Assembly: GCA_000002445.1 (NCBI GenBank)
Contig: CP000068.1
Location: 1,504,001 to 1,568,000 of the forward strand
Reading direction: 5' to 3'
From: Trypanosoma brucei
Taxonomy: Eukaryota
Length of the DNA: 64,000 nucleotides
Under the pieces are notes generated by a model. It was not told the origin of the DNA. It saw nothing but the letters and a program-made list of their open reading frames with translations, and did no database searches. The translations under genes were made by a program, and so were the position numbers. Below, piece by piece: positions 23,509 through 36,493 of this stretch (positions are counted from its first letter, which is position 1; the number at the start of each line of letters is the position of its first letter).

Positions 23509-24969
23509 TTAAAAAAGCAAAAATGCAAGCAAAAGAGGGGCCTTGTTAATGACAAAAGAATTGCTTCCTGTGGTGTTTGTGTTTCCAGTTTTGCTATCTT
23601 TCTCTCCTCCCTCTTTCTGAGCTGCTTCTTTCTCTTCATCACTCAATGTGCACTTTTTGCCATCCTCTTTCGTTTTATCATAAGTGCATCTGTTATTCGT
23701 GTCACAATCACTTTTTTCTTTCAAGTCGTTACAAGTTTGTTCTGCGGATTTTACATCCTGTTGCTTTTCAGTTGCTTGTGCTTGTAACTTAGCAACTTGG
23801 TCCGCCATTTGTTGCTTGTGTTTCACCTCCAGTATTTTGTAAAAAGCCAAAGTTACTTGTAAGATGCCAGCATCGTTTATTTCTTTGATTTTCGTATTGG
23901 TAGTGGCGCTTGGATCGACGTTGATCGCGTCTGCCTCATCTAGCTTGTTCAAAAAGCTTTTCACCTTTTCACCAGCCTCTCCAAAGTTCTCCTTGATTAG
24001 CACTTCGGCTTTGTCCTCCGCTTGTTTGCCGGCTTGTTTGCCGTACAGCTTGTGAAGTAGTTTCGTTAGGTGTCCTTTGAGTTTGCCCGTTGTTACTGCT
24101 GCTTTGATTATCGCTTCTGGTTCATGTGCGAGCTGCTGCGTTATGGCCGCCCTTATCGTGTCTGCGTCATTGAAAGCGAGCGTTAGGAGGTCGTCTGCAT
24201 CTCTGTTGGTTTGCTTTTTCAGGTTCTGCTGGCTCGTCCGTGTCACCCGGTTTGTTGTGGCTATTTTGAATAGCCCATATCCAAAGTTTACGGCCGTGGC
24301 TCCGGTTACGAAGGCTCCTGTGCCTGCACCTGCGAAGTTGACTAGCCCGCACTTGGTTGACACACTGGTTGCCATCCCGTTAGTTCCGGTGATTTCGTCG
24401 ATAGTCTTGAATCCAGTCGCGCTGATTATATCGGCGTCTAACGTTTCGCTTGGGGTTTTCTTCATAGTTTTTGGTCTCTGCTCGCAGCCAGCTGTTGCTA
24501 TGTCGGCTGTCTTGTCCTCGTCGGTGTCGGTGTCTGCTAGACAGTATCCTCCGCTGTGCTTCGCGCTTTTGAATACCTGGAGGCTTGCTTCAATGCCGCC
24601 GGTTAGCTCCTGAGTCGTCGCAGTTGCTTCGAGTGCTGTCTTGATGAAGTTGCTTCTCTGCCGTTCGCTTGCGTCCGCTTCTTCGTAAATGGCTGCGGCT
24701 GCTGCTGATAGCAGTGCCGTCGTTTCGACGTCGGACTGCGTAGTTGCCGCGTACAGGTTTAACTTCGCCGCTGTTCGCTCTGCTGCTGTTATCGCGTCCT
24801 GCAGGTTGCTTTCGTGTGTGTACGCCATTACTGGGACTTTCCGCAGTTCTTTGGCTATCGCACACGGTGGTTTCCACGTTTTGCCAAGCAATGGTTCGCC
24901 GGTCGCTGAGGCCGTGTTGGCTGCCCACTTCGTCATTAGTATCATTAGAGCTGTCGTGGCAACGGACAT
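23509..24969 (-). CDS. VSG, intact (486 aa; signal peptide, TWKPPC, C-terminal domain …KKCTLSDEEKEAAQKEGGEKDSKTGNTNTTGSNSFVINKAPLLLAFLLF*)
   Basis: Single ORF 23509..24969 with canonical N and C termini and a perfect 16-mer at 23436..23451. Confidence 0.9.
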   Translation of the reverse strand: MSVATTALMILMTKWAANTASATGEPLLGKTWKPPCAIAKELRKVPVMAYTHESNLQDAITAAERTAAKLNLYAATTQSDVETTALLSAAAAAIYEEADASERQRSNFIKTALEATATTQELTGGIEASLQVFKSAKHSGGYCLADTDTDEDKTADIATAGCEQRPKTMKKTPSETLDADIISATGFKTIDEITGTNGMATSVSTKCGLVNFAGAGTGAFVTGATAVNFGYGLFKIATTNRVTRTSQQNLKKQTNRDADDLLTLAFNDADTIRAAITQQLAHEPEAIIKAAVTTGKLKGHLTKLLHKLYGKQAGKQAEDKAEVLIKENFGEAGEKVKSFLNKLDEADAINVDPSATTNTKIKEINDAGILQVTLAFYKILEVKHKQQMADQVAKLQAQATEKQQDVKSAEQTCNDLKEKSDCDTNNRCTYDKTKEDGKKCTLSDEEKEAAQKEGGEKDSKTGNTNTTGSNSFVINKAPLLLAFLLF

Positions 24970-26524
24970 ATTGCCTTAGTTTTTTTAACCTGCAGCCGTT
25001 TTGTCCTCTTTACTGTCTCAGATGTGCCAACCTTATTGTAACACGATATAAATTTGGATTTTAGGAAGACCGTCACAACTGATGCCGATTTGTTTGGTAA
25101 TCAAGGTGTTTTTTTGCCAAAGCGGAACAGTTTCTTACAACGCCTTGCATTGCAGAAATACTTTATGCTGTTAAACAGTTAACGCCTGTACGAAAAAAAC
25201 TATGATATAGTATTTTCTTCGGTAAGCTGTCGAGGAAGCTGTTTCATCAGATAAATGTCAAAACGCCAAAAAAATATTAACAAGAAAGGAGCTTATTAGA
25301 AACAGCAAATTTAACGCTTGAAAAGGTTGTGCTGAAAGTGAATCGAGCCTTACAGGAGGAAAAAACACTATTTTGTTATTTAAAAAAAGTAGATCAACAA
25401 TATTTTTAGTTGTGTACTGTAAAACCCTTTTTGACGTATTTTCTTCCAATCGAGGTGTCGCGAACCTGCATGGCATCAGTATCTAAAAAAAAAATGTATT
25501 TTTGACTTCTCAAAAAATACCAATATATTTTGTCGTTGAATGAATTCGTTTCAATGGAGAAAAACAACAGGATCATTAGATCATGTAAATTATCACTATA
25601 AATGATTTTTTTAATTTGTTCAACCTACGAAAAGGTTGGTTTCCCCATATAATCCCATGGCAACCATGACGAATTTCGACCTTAAATTTTTTGACGAAAC
25701 ACAGTTTACTTTCAATTCTAATATCTTTCTGTGTTCATATCTGTTGCACCTCTTCTCCACCTTAGAAACTTCGCCACGGGCCGTCTTGAAGACTCTTTTT
25801 ATATTTATATATATGAAACACCTAAGGTTTTCGTTCCTCGGCGGTTTCTATCGTTTCCCAATTTGCAGCAGGTGGCTCGGTTTAGAATCCCAAGAAAAAG
25901 ATACTTCTGTATTTTTCCATGTGGCTTACCTTTTGCTTTTTGTTTCTATGATATTTATGCGTTTTGAGATTACGGCGTTTAAGGGCTCATACCTTGGTTC
26001 CTTAAAGCTCTGTCTTCTCTGATCTTTTTTTGTTAAAGCGTCATGTTAGACACGAATAAGAAACACCTCTTCTGTTAATTACTCGTTTCTTGAAGGGCCT
26101 TAATGACAGAATAGCATACCAAAACTTGAGTCTAAGAATATCGCTAGTGGTTCTTGCTACCCCAAAGATACATTTAAATTTTTCATACACGCGGTTTCTT
26201 ATTCTTTTCTTCTTGCCTTCTACTTGCACTTTAGTTAGCACAATCTCGTGTTGTTGTCGGTGTAGAAAGCGTAGAAGTTACATTTTTTCCCGGTGTCCTT
26301 GTGCACCTTGTTATGATCGCAACTTAAGACTCTTTGGTATTATGACGCCTAGCTTTTACTAAGGTTCACAATGAGTATATATTTCATCTCCACCGCTTTT
26401 TATATTACAGTGGCCCATTTAATAACAATAAAACCGTACTCAGTGTCACACTTACTCACTACTACAGAGCCATTTCCACTGTTTTAAGAGCTTATAGCGC
26501 CTGTAAACTCACTTTTGACAACCA

Positions 26525-26660
26525 CTCCTGTTATAATATTCGTATATACACACACTCTCAACAACTTTCCTATCATTATCATCATCATCATTATCATTAT
26601 TACTGCTCTTATTATAATATTCGTATATACACACTCACAACACTCTCCTATTATTTTTTC
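26525..26660 (-). repeat. Two 70-bp repeat units
   Basis: gttataatattcgtatatacacacactctcaacaactttcctatcattatcatcatcatcattatcattattactgctcttattataatattcgtatatacacactcacaacactctcctattat. Confidence 0.9.
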
Positions 26661-26929
26661 ATAACACCAACTAATATACATAACATTAACAAAATGAACA
26701 GAATTAGAGTAGCATTCATTTTTTATACCCTATAACGTTACTATGTACCTATGTAGGTCATTATACACACTTTTCAATAATATCATTATTTTCATTAAGT
26801 TGCAATTTTTATCAAAAAGTGTTAAAACATATCAAATTTTAGTAAATTTAAAAATTCATCTAGATAGAAAACTTTTATAATTTTCAAATTTTCATAAATT
26901 TCATGATATTGAACGAGTATTTTTTAAAT

Positions 26930-28409
26930 TATATCAAAATCACAAGGGTGGCAGTGGCAGTCCGAGTTAATTTCTTATTTGAAAGAAAACTAAAGACTTT
27001 GCACTTTTTTCTATCTCATTTGCAACCATCTTTGCACTCGGACCCAGTTTTTTTTCCGGAGCACTTTTTACCCTCTTTCGGTGCTTGTCCTGCTTCTACT
27101 GCTGTGTTTTCTGTCCTTCTCCATCTTTAGGTTTGCAGTGGTTTCCTGTTGTTTTTGTAGTGCTATCCCATTTGGACTTATTTTCTGTGCAGTTTGAGTT
27201 TGTTGTGTGGATATTACAGTGCTGTTGTTGTGCAACTGCTGGGTAGTTTTCAGATGCAGGAGGTTTTTCCAGTAGAAAGCGTTTGATTATCGCCATGGCT
27301 CTTTTTGGGTAGGAGCTCAGGACTGCGTTAGTTTTTTTCTGTATATTCGCTGTTTCATCGGCTTTCTTTAGTTTAGCTGCCGCCTGTCTAAGGTTCACCT
27401 CCCATGCTATTGCTTCTGGCATATCGCCGTTTTTGAATGGCGAGGATTTGGTGAAGTCCGCGCATGCGGTGTTCTCGATGTTCCTGCAATGATGTGTACC
27501 GGTGGTGCTGCCGACTACCATGGCCATGGCTCCGCCGTTCCCTGTTGTTTTGAACATGCCTTTTAGTGCCGCAATTTTTCTTTCTATTAGCTCCTCTGTC
27601 AGTTTTTCCGGTGGGTACTTGGCGCACACGCTGTGGATGGTGTCGTAGCCTGTTTTGTGCGACGTCGCGTCGTTTGCGGTTAGTTGCGGCGTCGCGCCAA
27701 TCCCACAGACATCAGTGTTTTGTGTCGCACCGAACTTGGAGCACACGCATGTCACAGTCGCGCAGAGCGCCTCCCCGACTGCTGGCAACGCGCAAAGGTC
27801 TTCTGTGTTGCCGGTCTTCGTTATTTTACACCTTTTGCTAGCGCTGTCATCGAGTGTCGGTGAGTTGTACGCTGCTTGGTTGAGGTCGGTTCTGATTTGC
27901 GCTTCCAAATTTTCTAAATTAGGTTTGTATTGTGTGTTGAATTCCTCTTGTAGCGCCGTTTTCTCTGCTATTAGTGTTTGTACTGTCAGCCGCACCGCTG
28001 ATGCTGCTGGTGTGTTTAGCAATCCGGTGGGTATTCTACTTTCTGGGCTAGTGGTCTCCTTTGTGGTGGCCTGGATGTTTAGATGCGCCCACTTTTTGAA
28101 CTCAGCTTCGCACTGTGGTTGATTGGTCTGCTCTTGACAGGCCGCTTTCTCTCCCATGTCCGCTTTTCCTTTGTTCGGGTATTTAGCACACCATTGACTT
28201 TCAGCTAATGCCATGTTTAATACTTCTAGCGCTTCAAGTGCTGCGGCGGTGGTTTCCAGCTTAGGAAGCGCCGACATGTCGGCGTCTGTGAGTTTGATTA
28301 GTTGACAGAGAGCTGAAAGCTCCGCTAGGTTCTGCGCCTGGTCGTCGGTTGCGTGGCTGCTTTGAGCCATCACGCATATTACTACGACGGAAAATATCCC
28401 TCGCTGCAT
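26930..28409 (-). pseudogene. VSG pseudogene (B-type; N-terminal domain ORF of 437 aa intact; C-terminal domain and GPI signal split over three frames)
   Basis: ORF 27096..28409 reads MQRGIFSVVVICVMAQSSHATDDQAQNLAELSALCQ… and ends …HCKPKDGEGQKTQQ*. Downstream pieces …KEGKKCSGKKTGSECKDGCK* and …KKCKVFSFLSNKKLTRTATATLVILI* are in +1 and +2 frames. A 16-mer variant is at 26819. Confidence 0.85.
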
Positions 28410-30289
28410 TGGTATATTTTCTAATCTTCGACCATATCTTAAAATTTTGTTAGTTTACACTGCTACAGTCTTCACAGTTATTTCACACAATTTTGAAGTT
28501 ATGGATGAAGTTCAAAGAAAATTGCCAATGTCGGTTTGCAGGAGAAGTTTTTAAAGGTGTTTTCGTTTCTGTTTCTAATCATAGTTGTAGCCATTCTGTT
28601 CTTCGTCTGAATAACCTGTTGTAGTTATTCACTACCTTGGTTCTGACAGAATTTGGTTGTGGTTTTCTACGGCCGAGGAAGCTAGATTACCGTTTTGCTG
28701 CCTTTCCACGACGGACAAATAATAATCGTCACTAAATATCGATCTTTGATATGCAGATATCTGGCTGCTTTTTTTTGCTTGTCATGGACGGTGCTATTAA
28801 CATGGTAATAAACACAGCTGTATCCGCTGCTTCCTCCTTGCCAGAAGATTCTGCCGTCAGGCAGTGTTCCGTCTGAACATGCGCCTCCTTTACTTTTTAA
28901 CATGTTGGGGTTCCGCGAAACGATGAGTTTAGCGCAGTTTCCACCGACTTTTGTGCCTAACCTTTAGTTCCTTTTAAATTAGCTTCAGTAAAATTGATTA
29001 TTAGAATTTGTATTGCGCATCAGAATCTTCTTCGCTTGTGCACAAATCATCTTCTTTTGTGTTTTTATGTTTAAAGGCAGTTTTATCGTTGGATTAAGGT
29101 GTGTAGTTAAGTCGCTTTGTTAGTATTTTTTCTCCATACTCTTATTAAAAGCCGTTTACAATAATCTAACCCACTCTCATATTAAATATATCAAAATTCC
29201 CCATAGTTCTATAAACAACTAAAGAAATTTTAATATAGAAAACATTTATAAATAATGGTTATCACTAGATTCTATCGTCTGATCATTTATATGTTACGCT
29301 CTATCATGGAATAACCATGTAAGAGTGTTTCTTCTCAAGGACACTATTGGCGTTTTGTTTTTGGCCTGGCGTCTGCGCGCCTGAGCAGCTTTGTATTTTA
29401 AGAATGGGTAACTTAGGGCTATAAGGTGCTTTTATCTCCACTTCAGTTTTATTGATTTGTGCCTGCAATGGCGGTATTTCGATTCCTTTTATGTGGATCT
29501 CCCGTTCCTTGAAAAATCTTAATATATGTTCTGTACACCAATATGAGATTTGAATAGAATCACTAAAAAGTTTATATAACACATAAATTTCGTCCACATC
29601 TGTCGTTGTATTCTATATTAAGCTCTTTCCGAGTTTTTTATTCCTCTTTTTTTGGCACAGTAATTCATTAGTATTATTAGTTTTAAAATATATTTCCATA
29701 ATATTATAGTGTTTTCTAATAATGTTAGCAGTTATTTCTACACATCATATAAATAATTTGAAATTACTTCACACTTACCCAATCCCTTTTATAAGTTACT
29801 CTTGCTTTTGCCTATTCTTCCTGACATCTGTATATTACAATCTACCACCACATCAAAAAACTGTGGCCTCCACTACCTTTCCAATAGAGTCTACTCATTT
29901 GTGAGTGATATGCAGGGCATCATTGTTGACTCGTTCTCCTATATGTAACATTGTCTTCTGTGCTGCATTGTGTACTATTTAATTCTGTTCTTTTATCTTT
30001 TCTTTTTGTCTTCTGTTGCTGGTTTTGTGGATTATGTAGCAATTCCATCTGGGTTGCATACTGTATCATGACTGCCCTTTTACAATTCCTTCATTCCATT
30101 GTTTAAAATGGTGGCCATCACTTTTTTAGTGCTGAAAACTGCGAATCTTGAAGTCTTCTTTACATCCATTTGTCATTCTTCATCTTCTTTAATAATAATA
30201 TTCTTCGCCGCCTCTCACTTACTCTCTATCCACTAAGATACTCCAATTTCACTCTTTCCATTGTCTTCAGTTCTCCTATTGCAGTTGTG

Positions 30290-30370
30290 CATTTCTTTTT
30301 AGGAACTGACTCTTATTATTATAATATTAGTATATACAAACTCACAACATGTTTCTTTCATTTCCATTAT
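30290..30370 (-). repeat. 70-bp repeat unit
   Basis: ttattataatattagtatatacaaactcacaacatgtttctttcatttcc. Confidence 0.75.
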
Positions 30371-30619
30371 TTTTTTCTATTATAACCCTAACAAATGTCG
30401 ATAAAATAAAATAAAAGAACTAAAATATACCAAGTTATAATAGCAATCATTTTTCGCACCCTATCACAATAATATTTTGAAGCCACAGTCCAGCTTCATA
30501 CCGAAATTTTTAAAAAGTGAATAATTTTCAAAACTTTTACAAAAGTGTTAAAACATGACTAATATTAGAAAATTGTCTCAAAATAACACAATTTCACAAA
30601 TTTTATAAAGTTCATAAAT

Positions 30620-32000
30620 TTGAGCGAAAATCCTCTAAAAATAATTGTAGAAACAAAAGAGGGACTTTAGTTACAGCAGAAATAACAACCGCAATCTACT
30701 TGACTTTGCACTCATTTTTCTCTTTGTCCCAATCGCATTTGTTTTTGTCACATTTGCCTTCTTCAGTGGCTTTGCACTCAGCTGCGGTTGTTTTGTTGTC
30801 CCCGTCTTTCTTTTCTTCTGTTTTGTCTGTTGCATCTGACTTGCTTGGGTAGTTTGCATTTTTGTTGTTTTTAGTTGTTTGTGATACCTTCGAGTTAGCT
30901 TCGTCCATCTGCCATGCCGGGGCTTCAGTGAGCTGGCCAAGAGGTGTGTTTTCTTTAATGTCCAGTTCGGCTCGCTCTTTGTTCTTTGTTATCGGTGGTT
31001 TAAGGATTTCTATGACGTTCCACAGTTTAGCTTTGTACTACTTTCCGCCTTCTCCGTAAGCTGCCGTTATTGCAGAGGTTAGCTTGTCTGGGGGGCTTGT
31101 GGAATCCTGTTCGTTGTTCGGCTGGTTAAGCAAACTGCGGATTGCCTGCCGCTTGAACAAAGGCGATGTGGAAACTGTTGCGTACTCAGTCAGCTGCCTG
31201 TCGCAAGCCGTGTTTGCTGCCGCGGCTTTGAGGTCCTTCAGAGCTTCTTGGGCCGCTTGCTGCGTCCCTTGCGTTATATTAACTTCGCCTTGTACGATCA
31301 CGTCTTTGCTGGCCGCTGAAGATCCCCACCTGCTTTTTGGCTTGTTAGTGACCTTTTCTATTTTTCTTGTTAGTTCGAATTGTAGGAAACCTGAGCCTGC
31401 AGCCGGGGCTGAACTGTGGCAGTTGTTCGAGCCGTCGCTGTCGCATGTTACAGTTATTGTGTGGTATTCTGTCGGTTGTAGTATTTCATTTTTTTCGTCA
31501 TCTTGGTTGTCGTCAAAGTCGGTTTGCTCGTCCTCCTTTTCGTCTCCGAAGTTGTCGGCTGTCTTGATGTTTACTGGTGTGGCGTCGAAGGCGGTGTCTT
31601 TGTAGTAGCTGCTGGTCTCTCGTGGCGTTAGTTTGACTTTTGTGCTTTTGCTTTGCCGCATCGCTAGGCCGCAACTTTTGCAGAGGCGTTTTCTAATGTT
31701 GGTAGACCTTTTTTCAGAGCACCTATCTGGTCGGTGACAGCTTCCTGGCATTCTTGAAGCACTTTTCCCGCCGCAGCCAGTGGTGCTAGCGCTTTGTGCT
31801 GTTGCTACGCCGGTTGTCGTCGCAGCTATGAGCAGTCTTGTCAAGTCTCTCTGCATCTTTACAAGGTTGTGGACGTTGATTTCAAGCTTCTGTGCATAGA
31901 ATGTCGATGCTTTGGCGAGTCGTTTGCTGCATTTACAAGGCGTTGGGCAGACAGCGTATGTTTCTTGCGCAGGTGCGGTCCCTGTCACCAAAGTTCAGAC
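30620..32000 (-). pseudogene. VSG pseudogene, degenerate (frameshifts in N-terminal and C-terminal domains)
   Basis: ORF 30696..30908 (…TAAECKATEEGKCDKNKCDWDKEKNECKVK) is the C-terminal domain. ORF 31038..31991 has a VSG-like C-terminal half (…ITVTCDSDGSNNCHSSAPAAGSGFLQFELTRK…AAQEALKDLKAAAANTACDRQLTEY…). A 16-mer variant is at about 30548. Confidence 0.7.
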
Positions 32001-34654
32001 AAAAAGGCTTAGCGAACAGAGCCTTGAGGAGTGTCGCATTTTTTTTGGCAATTCTAGTGTCTGGAAAAGGCTGTTTTTTTGGAGGAAATAGTTGAGCCTT
32101 CGGTTTCTGTTTCTAATTTTGGCTTCTTCCAGTAGCTGCGTCGGCGTTTTGTCTGTGTTGGAATTCTAAAGAAATTTTTTGCTTTTAAATTAATTGGCTT
32201 TGGTTGAAAAATTCGTTATAATCATGGTGACTAGTTCCCTGTGTTTGATACTGTGTTAGTACAGCTTTTTTAAAAAAGTCTCTAGCCCTTGTATTTGCTA
32301 TGTATCTGCCTTTGCCATAAAAATTCAATATATATATTTATATATTTATTTATTTGCAATACTCCAACTCACCCCTGCCTCTCACCTTTTAAAATCTTCT
32401 CACCACCCTCTCTATGCTATACCTAAAGCAAAAAACTCACAACAGTATACGAATTTGTTACTCATCGACTTAGCGCTTAAAATATTAATCTACTATAAAA
32501 TTTAAAAAATACAGTAGCTACCAATTCTGCTCTCGAATTAAACTATTTATGTACGAAATGCGGCTTTTTATTGAGTCCATATGGTGTTTTCCAGCGTCGG
32601 ATATTATGATCATTTGCAATTCTCTCCCCTACTCGCGCAGTCGGTTCGGCTTTATATCCTATGTTGTTTGTTCCCTTCTTTGTATATCGACATTCTAAGC
32701 ATTATGGAGTATTTGTTTCTCCTATTTTTACTAGATACTCCTTCTTTTTACACTATTTCCCGGCGAGGGTTGTTTGTAATTATTGCTTTCTTTTGGAATT
32801 TGAAGATACAGGAAGGTACGATGGTGCTCTAATCATCATGAGAAATGGTTTCTCTTTCGTTATGTTTGCCTGATAGCTTAAATGCAGTTGAGTTATTGTA
32901 AGTGACGTCGGTTCTAATCTGTTAAACGTGCATTTTCAGACACTTGCATGCTTCACTCTAGAAAAATAAAAATGCTTACTTCTATCTAATAATTTTTCCC
33001 ATTTTATTGAATGTATCATCCACTGAATTTTATTGGTTTTACTCTTGGTTGCAATAAAATAAAGACTTTATTGATGTTTTTTCTGTTTTTATGCATCATT
33101 TTTCTTTTTGTTACTTTTCTGAAAATGTGACGCTTTTTTGGCATTTCTGCAAAGAGTAGTGCAATCATCAGTTTCTTCAGCTTCCACTGCTTCTTTTCTG
33201 CCATTAATTCTCTCCATAATTATCCTTTTACACGATTTGTAGGGCCTCCACCAGTTTAATTTTCTATCTGAGGTCGCTGTACAGTGATTATAGAGTCTTG
33301 GGTGTAAACAATGCATTCTTCAAAGAGTTCTAAATAAAATATAGGCACCAGTGTGCTTCAATGTCTTCCGTTTCTTTCCAGGAATAATCATGGTCGCCCG
33401 CTAAAGTCCAATGCGTTCTCTGAATATATATAACTGACTACTTTCACTAATAAAAGTATTGAATCAAAGCTTTAAACGATCTAGTTTCTTACATGTTAAA
33501 CATGTGAAAATGACCATTTTACCATAAAAACCCATGAAATTAATGAAAAACTTTCAAACCCAATTTTTCCCTGAAGTATTTACACAATGATTACATACCG
33601 TAGAATTTTATATCTGCTTAAAAACATTTAAATTTATTGTAGCTGTGGGCTTCTATTGCAGCCTGAAACGCGCTCCGTGAATGAACCTTCAATGAGAAAA
33701 TAACGGCAACACTTTACCTGTGAACGTGACCGTAAGTGTTTCATAGCGTTATCCTCCTGCAATGTCATGTGTTTTCGTTTATTGAATCGCAATTAGTGTC
33801 CTAAATTTACTCTCTTTTATTGCATTTTCTTTATAAATACCATCATGTTCACGTAAATATGTATTCTTATGTAAACTAGTCGTGTTTTTAACGGTGTTAG
33901 AATTTGGTTCTTGCACCAATAGAGAAGTGGTGTGGTGTATTTTGCAACATCTTGTAGTTCATAAAAAGCTTCTCTATCGTTTCATATATATTTTATTTAA
34001 GAATTTTAGCGATTTTGTTCTTTATTTCCCCTTGACCGTAATCCATCAGTAGTCCTTTTTAAAATGTTTCATCCAGATAATTTTTATTGCTTTACCAAAT
34101 ATTAAAATTATTACATTATTTGTCGTGAGAATAAATTGTAGAAAAACCTCATACTTACTAAGTGCCTTCCTTTTCCTGCTATTGTTTTGTCTTCGTTAGA
34201 GTTGGAAATCAGTGTTGGCCTTCATATTGAAAACCACAATCGCCACTATCATATCAAAAGTGGCACCCATCAATTTGTGTGAGATACCCTGAATCAATCT
34301 CTCCGCTTTCACTGCAAAATAATGTAGTATTTTTCCTCTTCATTTTCTGTCTCTGCTACTTCATTTAACGTAGCGAGAACATTTGTCGTACACCTCGCGA
34401 CCCGTATCCCACTTATCAGCTCTTCCATCATCTTCATGTATATGATGATTCCCTTATGGCACTGTCGTGTATGAAACTTCGCATCTCCAATCTTCTTTTC
34501 TCTTCTTTTCTCCCTTTTTTCTGCATTTACCTTAATATAATGTTCCTCATCCTCTCCCATTTATTCTCACTCACTTATTCTCATTTTCTCTCTTTCGTAA
34601 CACTCTTTTTTAAATGCTACTTTTTTTTTTCGACTTTTCGGCGTTGAACACCAC

Positions 34655-34720
34655 TATTATTATAATATTCGTATACACACTCTCCTACCAATATTATTAT
34701 TATTATTATAACGCCAAATA
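34655..34720 (-). repeat. 70-bp repeat unit
   Basis: attattataatattcgtatacacactctcctaccaatattattattattattataacg. Confidence 0.8.
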
Positions 34721-34981
34721 TTCCATAACTAATATCCAGAAAATAAACTAAACTAAAATTTTCATAAGAGCACTCGCTTTTCCTGCCTTATTACAATAAA
34801 ACGTTACACCCATAAGCCACTGCTATACAATTTTTTCACAATTTTATATATTTCGAATTCTTAAAATTTTCAGCAAATACTGCTAAAATATATCACATAT
34901 TATTAGTTTTAGCAACATATATAAAAAAATAGTTTTATAAATTTCAGAAAGAATCCTTATAGTTCTCAAATGATACCAAAC

Positions 34982-36493
34982 TCATAAAAGAGAAACATCC
35001 ATTAGAGCTAATTTCTTATTTACAGGAAAACTGTAATCCTTGCAAGTTTCGCTTTCCCACTTACAATCCGGGGATTTGCAGTACTCTCTTTCCTTATCCT
35101 TGGAACCTGAGGCAGTATTTGTTCCTGTAGTTTGAGTTTATGTTACGGGGAGGCCTGCTGCTGTTGCTTTTGTTTCATTAAAATTGCACTTTTTGTCGCC
35201 CTCATCTGCGCTTTTATTATAACTGTAATAAGGCTTTTTGTTGCATTTACTTTTATCCGTTATTGTACTGCAAGTGTATACCGATGCCTTTTCATTGTTC
35301 TTCTAAGCTTCTTCTAGCTTTTTGTTTAATGTTTTTAGATTTTGTGAATTTTGGATCTGAAAGTCCACTAGTAGTGCTGCCAGTACGTTTGCTTCAGCGA
35401 TTTCCCCTGGTAGAGTGTCTTTGGCTTTGTCACCAAATTTGCTGAGCAGCTTGAATACCGCTACTTTGGTCATTAGCCTCTTTACTTCGTCGGCTGGACT
35501 TCCTGTGAACAATTGCGTTTTGTAGTCTTTAACGACCGTACTTTCTCTCGCCTTGCCGTGTGTGCTGATCAAAGTGAATAACGTGTCGGCTGCAGCGGCT
35601 GCTGTTAGTTGGCTTGTTTTGTTGTCGTATTGCGGTGAATCCTCTGAGAGCGCCTTCTGTAAAGCTGTTGAAACAGCCTCCCACAGCGGTAGCCTTGTGG
35701 AATGTGTCAGCGTTGCTGCGCTGCCGAAAGCTAGCACCGCTTTGTCGCCGGCGTTTTGTGTTACTCTTATGTAGCCACCTACGTATTCCAGTTTGTTTTG
35801 GGTGTTGCTGGCGTCCGTGTGGACTATGCCGTCGCCACCATCTAGTGTCAGAAGCCGGCACTTGGCTGTGCTGTCTTGATGGTCCTGGGTATGGTCTGTT
35901 GGGTTGCGTAGTCCTTTGTAACCTTGTGGTGTGACGAGCGGGCTTTGCCGCTTTTCCTTTTTCGTTTCTGTGGCCTTTAGTGGACCCGTGACGCTCTCTA
36001 TGACGCCTCGCTCTAGAGCTGCTGCTGCGCCTCCACCGCTGACGCTTAAGCACCCATGTGCGCTGCCCGCTGTCTGTTGTGCGATGTCTAGCCATTCGTC
36101 GAGACGACCATTCAAGTAAGTTGCTGCTTTGCTTGCTTGCGCGATACTTTGCGCTCCCTGTGTTTCTAGGTTGGTAATTATGGTATTGCTTGCCGTTTGC
36201 TGGTAGGCTGCAAGCGTCAATAGTTTGTCATTGTCTGTGTCGGTGGGGTTTGCTGCCATGTATACCTGCGTGCGAATGGCTTCGATTGCTATGTTTGCGG
36301 CCCGCTTTAAGACAGCGGCTTCTGAGGCAAGCATCTCCCAGGCAATTCCATTCAGGTCGTTGCTTATTTCACAAAGCGGCTGCCACGCCGCTTTTTTCAT
36401 GCTGTCTTTGGCGGTCGCATCGCTCCTGTGGACTATTGAAATTATAACCATTGCTGCAGTTGCTGTTAGCTGCTTAACTGCGGACATTGTCAT
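34982..36493 (-). pseudogene. VSG pseudogene (A-type; AAWQPLC); the reading frame is continuous but has two in-frame stops (TAG at 35303-35305; TAA at 35138-35140)
   Basis: ORF 35303..36493 (396 aa) reads MTMSAVKQLTATAAMVIISIVHRSDATAKDSMKKAAWQPLCEIS…. The same frame then reads …KKLEEA*KNNEKASVYTCSTITDKSKCNKKPYYSYNKSADEGDKKCNFNETKATAAGLPVT*TQTTGTNTASGSKDKEREYCKSPDCKWESETCKDYSFPVNKKLALMDVSLL*. A 16-mer variant is at about 34880. Confidence 0.85.

Noticed and set aside
35529-36095. Arg-rich 188-aa minus ORF (35529..36095) and similar Arg/Gln-rich ORFs (41380..41883, 51294..51803, 24590..24928, 27388..27627)
   Set aside because: These are alternative frames of the same strand as bona fide VSG ORFs. 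Their composition is typical of out-of-frame translation, and a single locus cannot host both.
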